From Acidobacteriota bacterium (GTDB lineage: Bacteria; Acidobacteriota; CAIWXX01): a stretch of 64,000 nt of DNA. The stretch spans positions 96,001 through 160,000 of the forward strand of contig JBFMAF010000037.1 in the NCBI GenBank assembly GCA_040755995.1, given 5' to 3'. The position numbers and the translations under genes are program-made. Shown here one piece after another: positions 1-9,566 of this stretch. The notes under the pieces were generated by a model. The model was not told where the DNA came from. It worked only from the letters and a program-made list of their open reading frames with translations, and searched no databases. The number at the start of each line of letters is the position of its first letter. Positions within the stretch are counted from its first letter, which is position 1.

Positions 1-201
1 CTCCTCGCCCGTGCCCGCTTGCGCGACCACCTCCATGTCGCTCTGCTCCTCGATGGTGGCAACAATGCCCGCCCTCACGATCGGGTGATCGTCCACGACG
101 AGCAGACGGATGCGCGCAGTTGTTTCACCAGCCGGGGGCGCCGCGGCGCGGCTCCGACCCTCCTCACCGCCGACCCGTTCATCCTCATGATCTCGGTACA
201 T
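1..201 (-). CDS. NarL/FixJ-family response regulator, N-terminal part (runs off the left edge)
   Basis: Not in the ORF track. Manual minus-strand translation from ATG at 201, preceded by GGGAGGTG, gives ...RIRLLVVDDHPIVRAGIVATIEEQSDMEVVAQAGTGEE, a typical REC start. Confidence 0.9.
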   Translation of the reverse strand, partial: MYRDHEDERVGGEEGRSRAAAPPAGETTARIRLLVVDDHPIVRAGIVATIEEQSDMEVVAQAGTGEE

Positions 202-414
202 CGCCCTCACCTCCCGCACCCGCGGCTGCAAACCACACGCGGACTTTCGCGCCATACGGGCCTCGTTCCGCCTGCGTCGAGCCGTCCCAATCTCAATATG
301 GGCTGCGGAGGTGCGCTGCGCCTCTATCGAACGATAGAGGCGGGTGCGGGCCTCGTCACACCGCGCGTTCAGAAACCAACGGATTGCGGGCCGCGGCCGC
401 TAATCAGCCGGTGC

Positions 415-1026
415 TCAACCTCGGGCCCGCCTCACCGCTATCCTGACTATGGTCTTCAGCCTTTCCGGCGCCGTCCGGCGTGGATCGCTCAGGTAGACTT
501 CGTGACCCGGGCCGGCGCAGTCGTATCCCCTCTCTGCTGCAGCAGAGACGAGGGCATTGTACGTTTCCCCGAGCTTCTCGTAGGGACCCACATGCAAGAC
601 CTGGAGCGCCATGCCTTCCTTCCACGAGACACGCCTTACGTCCTTCGTGTCCGTACCTTTCCGTTCAGCCAGAGACTTGCGCGCTGGGGCGAGGTGCGCG
701 CGCGTGACCTCGTCTGGAATGCGGATCATGAGACGCCATCGCCATTCCGTCATCGGCTTTGTCTTGGGGTCATCGGGCCAAAGGCACTCAAGCGAAGGTA
801 TTGAGAAATCGATCAGCCCCTCGCGCTTCAACATGAATTTCGCCGTGTAGACGAGCGAGAAGAGCTTCATGATCGCATCCTGGAAACCCTTGCCGCCGGG
901 CTCGCCGGCCCCGTCCACGGCCAGGTAGGTGCCCTTGCCCGCAGCGACTTCCTGAATCGCGGGCTTAGCGCGGTAAAGTTCCTCGTGCAACTTCCTCAAA
1001 TCGATCGTGCGGACCCTCTTGGCCAT
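415..1026 (-). CDS. GyrI-like small-molecule-binding domain protein
   Basis: Motifs YLAVDGAGEPG, LECLW, WRWRLMIRIP, QVLHVGPY and HEVYLSDPRRTAPERLKTI. Confidence 0.85.
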   Translation of the reverse strand: MAKRVRTIDLRKLHEELYRAKPAIQEVAAGKGTYLAVDGAGEPGGKGFQDAIMKLFSLVYTAKFMLKREGLIDFSIPSLECLWPDDPKTKPMTEWRWRLMIRIPDEVTRAHLAPARKSLAERKGTDTKDVRRVSWKEGMALQVLHVGPYEKLGETYNALVSAAAERGYDCAGPGHEVYLSDPRRTAPERLKTIVRIAVRRARG

Positions 1027-1297
1027 GTGATCCCCCCGTGAAGATCATGTTGTATCGCTCGCGATTGCGAAAGCTGACCAGCTGCCTTGAGCCGTTGGCC
1101 TGGACATTCCCTGTTCGACTGAGATCCCAGGTCCATGACGCGTTCTTCTGTCTGGGATTGTCGAGACAAGGCACTCTCGAAGTGGAATTACTGCCCTGTG
1201 CTCATTCATCATCAGGTGCGGCCAGTTTGTATCACGGGAGGGTATGAAAGCAAACAGCCAAATTCGGGGCCGAGGCTCCCGCCCCCGCCGGCCGAAG

Positions 1298-1325
1298 TTG
1301 CCACACAGATCCCCGCTGGTATAAT
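1298..1325 (+). promoter_or_regulatory. sigma70-type promoter for the 1432-9069 operon
   Basis: TTGCCA, 16 nt spacer, TATAAT, with an extended -10 TG (TGgTATAAT). Confidence 0.6.
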
Positions 1326-1431
1326 CACGGCAGTGCTGAAAGCGATTGGAGCGGCGGCCTGCGGGCGTGGTCAGAGAATGAAGATCCGCTCTCGCCGTTG
1401 ATGCGCGGTTGGATGAAGAGGTTCGCGGCGC

Positions 1432-2433
1432 TTGGCTATGCAGTGGCGGCGGCTGATAGTGCTCGGTGAGATACTCGCAGTCGCGGTTGTGGTCGGGGGC
1501 ATAGGACTCGCCACGAAGTCGGTGACCGAGGCGATGCGCGAGCGCCGCACGCCGCCGGGATGGTCCATCATCCGTCCCCCGCGGGACGTCTGCACCCTCG
1601 CGGTGGACGGCAACCAGATCTGGGCAGGCGGCAAGGATGGCATCACCTTGATCGACCGCCGGACTCGGCGTGTGTTGACCGCGCCGCGTGATGCTGCGTC
1701 GCTCAGATACGTCATGGCCCTGCTCCGCACGCGCGACGATTTGATGTGGATCGCTCACGCCGCAGGCATCACACGCGCCCGAAGCGATTCATGGATCCAG
1801 CACGACACGGCCGGCGGTGCGCCGCTGCGTGGCTGCCGCTGCCTTCTCGAGGACGCCGCCGGCACACTGTGGTCCGGGACCGAAGACGGCCTGTTCCGGT
1901 TCGACGGCGCGGGCTGGCAGAGCGTTCGCGTGCCCCCGTTGGCCGACGGCCTCAGCATCGACACGATGCTCGAGGATCGCGACCGCACTCTCTGGATAGG
2001 CTCCGCGTCCCCCGTAAACGGCGGGCTTTTTAGATTCGCCACCGGCACCTGGCACGCATTCCCGGATCGCGCCCAGCTTCCACACCCGGCGGTGAATGCA
2101 ATTGCTCAAGATCTCGACGGCACCATCTGGATCGGAACGGGCTACCTCAATCAAGGCGCGGCCGCATGGTACGACGGCTGCGTCTGGCGGGCGCTGCGAG
2201 CTGCCGATGGGCTCGCAGGCCAGAAGGTCCGCTCCATCTACATCGACCCACAACGGCGTATCCTCTTCGGATTCGAGTATGATGGAATGACCGTGTGCGA
2301 GAATGGTGCGTTCCGACACTACGATGCCGGCGACGGGCTGGCCGGCAAGGAGGTGCGCGCCGTTGTACAAGATCAGGACGGTGTCTACTGGCTCGCCACC
2401 AACAACGGCATCAACCGGATCGAGAAACTCTGA
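1432..2433 (+). CDS. Stand-alone two-component-regulator-type (Reg_prop) beta-propeller protein with N-terminal membrane anchor
   Basis: Repeated motifs EDAAGTLWSGT, EDRDRTLWIG, QDLDGTIWIGT, DGLAGxxV, QDQDGVYWLATNNG; hydrophobic N-terminus; no kinase domain. Start is 1432 (TTG) or 1438 (ATG). Confidence 0.8.
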   Translation: MAMQWRRLIVLGEILAVAVVVGGIGLATKSVTEAMRERRTPPGWSIIRPPRDVCTLAVDGNQIWAGGKDGITLIDRRTRRVLTAPRDAASLRYVMALLRTRDDLMWIAHAAGITRARSDSWIQHDTAGGAPLRGCRCLLEDAAGTLWSGTEDGLFRFDGAGWQSVRVPPLADGLSIDTMLEDRDRTLWIGSASPVNGGLFRFATGTWHAFPDRAQLPHPAVNAIAQDLDGTIWIGTGYLNQGAAAWYDGCVWRALRAADGLAGQKVRSIYIDPQRRILFGFEYDGMTVCENGAFRHYDAGDGLAGKEVRAVVQDQDGVYWLATNNGINRIEKL

Positions 2434-2442
2434 GGCGGTGGA

Positions 2443-4071
2443 ATGACATTCGACGAAGCGCAGCGGCAGCTCGATCTGCTGTTGGCCAGGCTCAAGTCGC
2501 GCAAGCTCGCGCCCCAGCAGTTCGCCCAGGAAGTCGCGCGCCTTCGCGTCGCAGACCAATCGGGAAGATGGTGGCAGCCCGACCCGTCGGGCCGAGGCTG
2601 GCTCTGCTGGAACGGCACCTCATGGCAACCGGCGGCGCCACCCGCGATGCCGGCCCGCGAGGTACCGCGGCCCGATGCGCCGGCGCAGGCGCGCGGGCCT
2701 TCCTCAGCCGCGCAGGAGCCACGCGCCGCGGCGCCGCGAGGCGGCGTGCCTCGACTTGCCATCAGAGGCGAGCCTCTGATGGAGCCGCGCGCCTTTCTCG
2801 ACATGGCCCGGCGGGTCCCGATCAACAAGCGCCCGCAGTCCTGGTGGGACATGCTCTCGATACTCGGAGGTGCGGCCAGCGGATACGTCTGGTTCGTCTA
2901 CGCCAGCATCCGCGGGACGCCATATCCGACATTCATGGCCGAGTTCCTTTCTCAGCATCCCTGGATGGACTTCCTGCCGGCGCTCGTGCTGCTCCTCATC
3001 CCGGTGATTCTCGTGCTGGCCCGCCAGCAGGTGGTCCGCGCGATCTCGCCTCTATGGTCGCGCATGCACCAGGTGCCGCTGTTCGCGAAGTTGGCGATCG
3101 CGGGTGTGGTCTTCATCGTCGTATGGGTAACGACCAACAGGAGCAACCCGCTCTTCAGCCGGCGCGAAGGGCTGGACTACTTCACGCCGATGCTCATGAC
3201 TGCCATTCCGGCCGTGTTGGTGTGGTTCCGCAAGGAGATCGACACGCTGCTCGCGCCGCTTCAGGAGTTCCGCCGAAAAATTCCCAAGGTGGTGCTCGTC
3301 GGAGTCGGGCTTGCGCTGCCCTTTCTCACGGCGTTCTTTCTGTACTACGTTGTTGGGTTCAGCCAGTACCCATTGCTGTGGGCAAATACCGTGATCGCCA
3401 CACTGGGCTCCTACGTGCTCGTCCGCAATCCCATCCTCGCGACATCGGGCGCGGGCCGCCGCCTCCACCCGGGCGCCGCCGTCATCTTCTTCCTCCTTTG
3501 CGTCGCCCCGGCGCTCTCTGCCGACGACTTCCTGCGGGACCCGTTCAACTTCCAGGACGGCCTCAGGACCGACGGCATAGCCCCGATTCTGGCCGGTGTC
3601 TCGACCGCCGTCGTGACGATTCTCGTCAACGGGGTGGAAGTGGCACAGGTGATTCTTCAGACCCCGGGGCCTGTGCCGGAGGGCGAGGAGGCCGTGCACA
3701 AGCGCTTCTCCGTCGTTGTCAACACCATGGACAAGGATGGCGCCAGATCCACGACGGTGAAGGACGAGACCGGAGGTGTCTACGTCTACGCGCATTGCGA
3801 AGAGGCGGGCAAGGGGCGCTTCCCCGCCGGCGATCCGACGATTCAATACGCGCTGCTCGATGCGACCGACTGGGTGACGCTCACCGACATGGGCACGCAG
3901 CATGGCGAACGCTGCGCACACGTGGCTCTCGCGGACCCTGCGCCTCAGAGCGGCGAGCCGCCCACGAGCTGCTCAGTCAGGGTGTCGGCTGGAGTCGGCG
4001 GCGGGCTGATCGCCACGACCATCCAGCTCGCCGTGCAGGCGAAGCCCGATCTGCAGCTCGAGTTCTTCTGA
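2443..4071 (+). CDS. Uncharacterised multi-pass membrane protein (Trp-rich N-terminal domain, Pro/Ala linker, about 7-8 hydrophobic segments, beta-rich C-terminal domain)
   Basis: 542-aa ORF with GC3-rich codons, starting 9 nt after the previous stop with GAGGCGG upstream. Confidence 0.8.
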   Translation: MTFDEAQRQLDLLLARLKSRKLAPQQFAQEVARLRVADQSGRWWQPDPSGRGWLCWNGTSWQPAAPPAMPAREVPRPDAPAQARGPSSAAQEPRAAAPRGGVPRLAIRGEPLMEPRAFLDMARRVPINKRPQSWWDMLSILGGAASGYVWFVYASIRGTPYPTFMAEFLSQHPWMDFLPALVLLLIPVILVLARQQVVRAISPLWSRMHQVPLFAKLAIAGVVFIVVWVTTNRSNPLFSRREGLDYFTPMLMTAIPAVLVWFRKEIDTLLAPLQEFRRKIPKVVLVGVGLALPFLTAFFLYYVVGFSQYPLLWANTVIATLGSYVLVRNPILATSGAGRRLHPGAAVIFFLLCVAPALSADDFLRDPFNFQDGLRTDGIAPILAGVSTAVVTILVNGVEVAQVILQTPGPVPEGEEAVHKRFSVVVNTMDKDGARSTTVKDETGGVYVYAHCEEAGKGRFPAGDPTIQYALLDATDWVTLTDMGTQHGERCAHVALADPAPQSGEPPTSCSVRVSAGVGGGLIATTIQLAVQAKPDLQLEFF

Positions 4072-4078
4072 GGCATCG

Positions 4079-7000
4079 ATGGCGAGGAAGAAACGCGGAG
4101 GGCGCTCTTCGAGAAGACCGAGGCCCCCCAAGCCGACGGACCAGGATCAGATCAAGTGGGGCAAGTACACGCTCGTGTACGACCCCGCCGCTGCCGACAC
4201 GGATCCCGTCGAGATCAAGGTGCGGCCCGTGCCGCGCGAGAAAGACGGAAAGGCGCCGGCGCCGAAGATCCTCAAGCTGGCGAAGAAGACGCTGGTCGAG
4301 GATTCGAGGACCCCGGGGGCATTCCCCGTCTTCTCCAAGAACCTCCTGCGCGTGGCCAAGGCCGAGATCAAGGCGGACGAGGCCGGTGACTATGCGTCCA
4401 TCTGGATCGAGCTGAACCGCGCATTCGCGGACCTCGCCAACTTTCTCGGGAAGCAGGGGGAAAAGCCTTTCGAGATTCGCGTGACGCTCTTCGTAGACAT
4501 GACCAGCCTGGTGGGTCCTGCGGCCGGCATGCAGCTGCCGGAAGGCTCGGTGTCGCTGCCCATACCGGGCAACACCACCGTGCGGATCAGGCTTCTCGAG
4601 CCCTGGAAGATCAGCTTCAAGAAACTCAAGTGGGCCGAGCAGGCCGAAGTAGATCTCAACAAACTCCCGGACGTCGACCGTGAGTCTCTGCAGGACCTCA
4701 ACGAGAACGGCGGCGACCTCGACGTAGGGCTCACCGGCATTTTCCGTCCCGATGATCAGACGACCATCGAGACCGAGGGATGCGTGAAGGATGCCGATGT
4801 CAAGCTGCTGCGCCATGGGCAGAAGGATATCCCCGGCGTCTACGACAACGACATGGAGGCGTACGTGTTCAGCATCCCCGCCCCGCCGGGCGGAGACGGT
4901 GGCGGGTGGGCCGACGCAGAGGTCGAGGTGCGGATGGCACCGGAAATCGAGCAGCGGCTCAAGAGGCTCTATGAGAACGCAAAGAAGGTCGACGGCCTGC
5001 TGCAGGGCTCGGTGACGAACGACGCATCCGCTTTCATCGAGAAATGCCTAAACCACCTCGCTGAGAACACCGAGGACTATCTAGTCGACAACGAGTCCAA
5101 GTTCACCAACGCCACCCACGGCGTGACGTACTTCGTCGAGTTCACGTACTTGACGGCAAAGGGTTTCGACACCGCGCTCAGGCTCCATCGCCAGGCCTAC
5201 GACCGGTTCATGGAGAACCTGATCAACGGCATCATGGAAATCCTGTTCTATTTCGGTGACAAGGCCTTCGAGAAGATCGTCTCGCGCCTGCTGAAGACGG
5301 GCAAGGAGGTGGTGGAGCAGGAGATCAAGGCGGAGGCGAAGAGCCTGGCCGAGGTGGCCACGGAGTCGGCCGAACGGACGATCATGTCGAAGAAGCAGGC
5401 GGCCGAGGCCGCGGGCAACCAGTTGACGGCGCAGTGCCGCGAGCTGGCGTCCGAGTCCGACCAGCTCCTGAAGAAGGTCGGCGATACAGTCGAGCTTCTG
5501 GAGGGCCAGCAGAAAGCGATTGCCGAGAAGAAGGCGGCGCAGGAGGCGCTCGGTAGCGAGGTCAAGAGCCTCGAAGAGGCGGCCCAGGGACTCGAGAAGC
5601 AGGCGGGCGATCTGGCCGGCGAGGCGGAGAAGGTGACCAAAGAGATCACCGAAACCGAGGGCCTGAAGGAAGGAGCGCAGCAGGAGAGCGAGAGGCTGGT
5701 GAAGGAGGTCGGGGAGCTGGAAGGCGAGCTGGCCGAGGCCACCGGGAAGCTCGATGCGGCCGATGGCGAGCTGAAGAAGGTGGCAGCAGAGCTCGAAGGG
5801 GCCAACAAAGCGCTCGCGGAGAAACAGGCGGCCAAGCAGACCGCCGATAGCAACGCAACCAAGGCCAGCACCGAGCTGGCAAGCCTCCGCAGCCAGCAGC
5901 GCGACCTCCAGGGCCAGCTGCTCGATCTTGAACGCCAGGAAACACGACTTACTACACTTGTAGAATCCGGGCAGGCCACCAGCGAGGAGATGAAGCAGCT
6001 CGCGGCCATCCAGAAGCAGCGAGACCTGATCGAGGGCCAGTTCGAACAGATGGAGAGCACGATCGAGCGCCAGATCGAGCATCTCGCCGACTGCAAGGCC
6101 GAGCAGAAGAGCCTCCAGGGCGCAATCGACAAGCTCGACGGGCAAGCAGCCGGCCTGAACGCGGACAAGGGGAAGCTGGATCGGCAGGTCTCAGACCTGC
6201 AGGGCGATGTTGCGCGGCGTAAGGATTCCATCGCACAGCAGAAATCGTTGCAGGCGAAGGCCGTCGAGAAGCAGGGAGAGCTCGAGAGGGAGATCGGGAG
6301 GCTGCAGGAGGAGCTCCGGAAGGGAAACGAGAACCTCAAGAACGTCCGCGAGGAGCTGGAGAAGACCGGCGGCACGCTGAAAGACAAGAACAAGACCCTG
6401 GGAGACCTCAAGGACGAGATCCCGAAGCTCCAGCAGCAGGCCGATAACCTGGCGACACAGTTCGAAGGGCAGATGGACGGCTTCATCGATAAGAATCACA
6501 AGCTGCTGGAGACCCTGCCCAAGGCCACCGACAAGCAGGCCGAACAGGAGGCGCTGCAGGCGCAGCTGGAGGTCCTGCAGAAGGTGAGACAGAACGCGCG
6601 GACGATGTCGCAGGAGCAGTTCGACGCGGCCCTCGACGAGGCCATTCGAAACGCCCCCAACCAGGACGAGATGACGCGCAAGGTTCTCGAGACTCTGCGC
6701 GACAAGGCGAATCTCCAGTCCCTCGACAACTGGGAGGAAAGCCTGAAGTACCTCAAGGAGAGCGCGCCCGGCGAAGCCACCGAGCTGACTGACCGCTCCC
6801 TCCAGGCCGTCCAGCGCGCAAAGGAGAAGATCAAGACCGGCCTCGACGACGTCGAGGCGACCCGGAAGTGGCTCACCAAGGAATCCTCCGACGCCGTCAA
6901 GGGGAAGCTGGGCGACCTGACCAAGCAGATGGCCGAGACGATCAAGTACGAAATCGAGGAACGTGCAAAGCAGATACGAAAGGCGTTCGAGGATTTCGCG

Positions 7001-8071
7001 AAGTCGGACTACAGGGCCGTGCCGGCCAAGTACTACGACGATACGGCATGGGGATCCATCTGCGCGTACATCGACTCCGGCCTCGAGAAGCTCAGCGACT
7101 TCTGGAACTGGCTGGTCTCGGGATACAAGGATGCGCGCACACTGCCGTACATAGGCACTGCGCTGAAAGGAGCCGAGACGCTCTTCCTCTACGGCATTAC
7201 GGCCTTCGTCGTGCTCCTCGACATCCTCCTCGCCATGATCTGCAAGGTGTGCGAGGGCATACTGTACGTCGCGAACAGCCCCTCGTTTGCCTATTCACGC
7301 ATCAAAGCCGAGTACAGGAACATGGACGCTTCTGCGTCCGCTCCGATGCCCGCTACGCTCGATGCCGCCTTCTTCAGGTTCTCCAAAGACGCCGTGAAGA
7401 AGGTCGCCGACAAGGTACATCCCAAACAGATCGCGAACCAATCCGGAGGCAAGGCGGCCATCACCGCAGGGATCAAGCAGGAGTTCGCCGGTGCCTACCA
7501 GGAGTACTATGAGCCGCAATGGGAGCGAGCGAAGGCCTACATGCTCGGTCTCTGCGGAGCCCAGGGGGCACTGGACCCCCGCTGGCTTACTGCCGAGGAC
7601 GAGGTCACGAGCTCCAACCGGGCGGCCACGCGCTTGCTGCAGGGCATTCTGGATCCACTGACCCGATACTCTGGATCGTTCGATGCGAGCAAGGACGGAG
7701 CCTTGGTTGCGAGCCTCAGCGCGATGTACAAGAGCGGCGAGTGGACGCCGCAAGACTACGACAGCATGCTCGAGCTCGCAGGCTGGGCCCTGGGATGGGG
7801 CATCAGGCTGGGATCATTCGTGCTGGCCGCAATCCCCGGCGGCGCCGCTCTCATCCCGGGCGCGATGAGCGCAGCGGATTGGAACGACAGGATCTCCGCC
7901 GCGCTCCGAGTCGGCGTCGTCTCGTTCTGGACCATGCCCGAAATCCTCGGCGCACAGTTTGATATCATGTGGACCTACTCGCTCGCCTACCAGGCCGTGT
8001 TCGGCGGCGAGGACGTGGAAGATGCGCTCAAGGAAACACCGGAACCGGCGGGCACCTTCGGTGGGCCATGA
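4079..8071 (+). CDS. Large coiled-coil protein (1330 aa) with basic N-terminus and C-terminal hydrophobic helices; function unknown
   Basis: Long E/K/Q/L-rich heptad region (about aa 410-980); hydrophobic segments FLYGITAFVVLLDILLAMI and LAGWALGWGIRLGSFVLAAI; no Walker A motif seen. Confidence 0.85.
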   Translation: MARKKRGGRSSRRPRPPKPTDQDQIKWGKYTLVYDPAAADTDPVEIKVRPVPREKDGKAPAPKILKLAKKTLVEDSRTPGAFPVFSKNLLRVAKAEIKADEAGDYASIWIELNRAFADLANFLGKQGEKPFEIRVTLFVDMTSLVGPAAGMQLPEGSVSLPIPGNTTVRIRLLEPWKISFKKLKWAEQAEVDLNKLPDVDRESLQDLNENGGDLDVGLTGIFRPDDQTTIETEGCVKDADVKLLRHGQKDIPGVYDNDMEAYVFSIPAPPGGDGGGWADAEVEVRMAPEIEQRLKRLYENAKKVDGLLQGSVTNDASAFIEKCLNHLAENTEDYLVDNESKFTNATHGVTYFVEFTYLTAKGFDTALRLHRQAYDRFMENLINGIMEILFYFGDKAFEKIVSRLLKTGKEVVEQEIKAEAKSLAEVATESAERTIMSKKQAAEAAGNQLTAQCRELASESDQLLKKVGDTVELLEGQQKAIAEKKAAQEALGSEVKSLEEAAQGLEKQAGDLAGEAEKVTKEITETEGLKEGAQQESERLVKEVGELEGELAEATGKLDAADGELKKVAAELEGANKALAEKQAAKQTADSNATKASTELASLRSQQRDLQGQLLDLERQETRLTTLVESGQATSEEMKQLAAIQKQRDLIEGQFEQMESTIERQIEHLADCKAEQKSLQGAIDKLDGQAAGLNADKGKLDRQVSDLQGDVARRKDSIAQQKSLQAKAVEKQGELEREIGRLQEELRKGNENLKNVREELEKTGGTLKDKNKTLGDLKDEIPKLQQQADNLATQFEGQMDGFIDKNHKLLETLPKATDKQAEQEALQAQLEVLQKVRQNARTMSQEQFDAALDEAIRNAPNQDEMTRKVLETLRDKANLQSLDNWEESLKYLKESAPGEATELTDRSLQAVQRAKEKIKTGLDDVEATRKWLTKESSDAVKGKLGDLTKQMAETIKYEIEERAKQIRKAFEDFAKSDYRAVPAKYYDDTAWGSICAYIDSGLEKLSDFWNWLVSGYKDARTLPYIGTALKGAETLFLYGITAFVVLLDILLAMICKVCEGILYVANSPSFAYSRIKAEYRNMDASASAPMPATLDAAFFRFSKDAVKKVADKVHPKQIANQSGGKAAITAGIKQEFAGAYQEYYEPQWERAKAYMLGLCGAQGALDPRWLTAEDEVTSSNRAATRLLQGILDPLTRYSGSFDASKDGALVASLSAMYKSGEWTPQDYDSMLELAGWALGWGIRLGSFVLAAIPGGAALIPGAMSAADWNDRISAALRVGVVSFWTMPEILGAQFDIMWTYSLAYQAVFGGEDVEDALKETPEPAGTFGGP

Positions 8072-9069
8072 CTGAGTGGAACCCTGAAGCCGCAATCCGT
8101 GACATCCTCGGGGACCTGGGCCGCCTGGACGGCGAGCGCGGGAGCGCCGATGCCGAGATCCGGCGATGGATACAGGTTGGGCGACAGGTCGCTGGCGCGG
8201 CACGCCGCGTCCATGCTCAGGTGGCGCGGGAGCCAGATCGCCGCGCCGGCTGGGAGAAGCAGGCGCAGCTGGGCCGATCGACCCCCGAGAGGCCGGTCGC
8301 GGACGCGCGCGTGTCACAAGCCAAGTGGTTAGTGCGCGTCGAGACCGGCAGCCTTGCGGCCAGACAATTCGAGATCCAGGGCGAATTGCGCATCGGCCGC
8401 GCGCCCGAGAATGAGATCGTCATCGAGGACAACCTTGCTTCCCGCCGGCACGCGTCGATTCGCGCCGTCGCAGGCGCGTGCGAGCTGACGGATCTCGGGA
8501 GCAGCAACGGGACGGTTGTCGGTGAGAACCGGATCCGCGGGACCGTTAGAATCGATGACGGGGGCTCCTTCTCGATCGGTCGAGTCGTCTTCACGGTGGT
8601 CCGCCTGTTCCCGGCGGCGAAGGTGACAGCGAGTCCGGAGCGCCCCGAGCCGGCTCCAGGGCCGTCGCCTGAGCCCGAGGTGACTGCCAAGCCGAGCCAG
8701 GAGAGAGAGTGGTACTACGTCGCCCGCGGAGAGCAGCAAGGGCCGCTGCCGGAGTCGAGCATTCGCGAGCTGCTGAGAGAGAACCGGCTCCCGCCGGATA
8801 CGCTCGTCTGGGCGGAGGGCTGCGAGGGGTGGATGCCGGCTTCGAGCGCCGGGCTCGCAGCGGCGGCCGTGCCCGGGCAGCCCGTCGAGGCGCGCGCGTG
8901 CGCGAAGTGCGGGCGGGCTATGCGAGCTTCCGAGGCCTTCTGCCCCGGCTGCGGCGCGCCTGTGAGGCCTGCTGCCTCGATCGGCGCTCGCGCCTGCGCG
9001 AAGTGCGGCGCCCCACTCGGACCGAGCGCGAAGTTCTGCGCGCGCTGCGGCCAGCGTCACGCCGGATGA
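8068..9069 (+). CDS. FHA + GYF_2 (DUF4339-like) + double zinc-ribbon protein
   Basis: ATGA overlap with the previous stop. FHA motifs IGRAPENEIVI, ASRRHA and DLGSSNGT; GYF_2 motifs WYYVARGEQQGP and TLVWAEG..W; four C-terminal CxxCG knuckles. Confidence 0.85.
   Translation: MTEWNPEAAIRDILGDLGRLDGERGSADAEIRRWIQVGRQVAGAARRVHAQVAREPDRRAGWEKQAQLGRSTPERPVADARVSQAKWLVRVETGSLAARQFEIQGELRIGRAPENEIVIEDNLASRRHASIRAVAGACELTDLGSSNGTVVGENRIRGTVRIDDGGSFSIGRVVFTVVRLFPAAKVTASPERPEPAPGPSPEPEVTAKPSQEREWYYVARGEQQGPLPESSIRELLRENRLPPDTLVWAEGCEGWMPASSAGLAAAAVPGQPVEARACAKCGRAMRASEAFCPGCGAPVRPAASIGARACAKCGAPLGPSAKFCARCGQRHAG
8806..8952 (+). repeat. Copy A of a 147-nt dispersed repeat (GYF end plus first zinc ribbon)
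   Basis: Colinear without gaps with 13922-14068; about 31 mismatches in 147 nt by manual alignment. Confidence 0.85.
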
Positions 9070-9281
9070 TCTACGCCGGCAGCCGCACTTCACGCGAGGG
9101 CTCTGTACGGGTCCAGTCATGGCGTGTGATCGACATCATCTTGGCCAATGGGTAGGGCAGTACCTGCTCCGCCCACCGTGTTCAGTGTTGGGACGCGGGA
9201 GACCAGGGCCCTGTCCAGCTTGACCCGCAGCACGTGAGAAACACACTCCGATTACGACATTGCGACATTGCGGTAGGTTTC

Positions 9282-9311
9282 TTGACATCAGCTTTCGAGT
9301 TGGACTATGTT
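9282..9311 (+). promoter_or_regulatory. Possible sigma70 promoter upstream of the S74 gene
   Basis: TTGACA, 18 nt spacer, TATGTT. Confidence 0.4.
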
Positions 9312-9566
9312 CCCCAATATACGAATTCGGCTTCGCTATGCGGCGCGTTTACATCTTGCCTCCAGGAGAGCTCCGAGATCTATCAAGGGGCGAGATGGGG
9401 CAGGCTAGATTGCATCGCATCCTGATATCATCCAGGTCCCGAATCGGGCCGAAACCTCGATTCCCTGTGACCTTTCCTGGCATGGGCAGAGGGAGCTGGC
9501 GACTGAGCCAGTTCGACGATGATTTGGCCTATTTCGGCCAATTCGGCCGTGTGAGGAGGTTCCGTC

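Noticed and set aside
2295..4415. Long alternative ORFs (also 18152-19852, 47375-49315, 50126-51871, 52493-54097)
   Set aside because: They are shadow ORFs in other frames or antisense to well-supported genes, as expected in high-GC DNA.
4079..8071. SMC/Wadjet or dynamin-type defence ATPase
   Set aside because: No Walker A/B or GTPase motifs, and no kleisin- or JetD-like neighbours.
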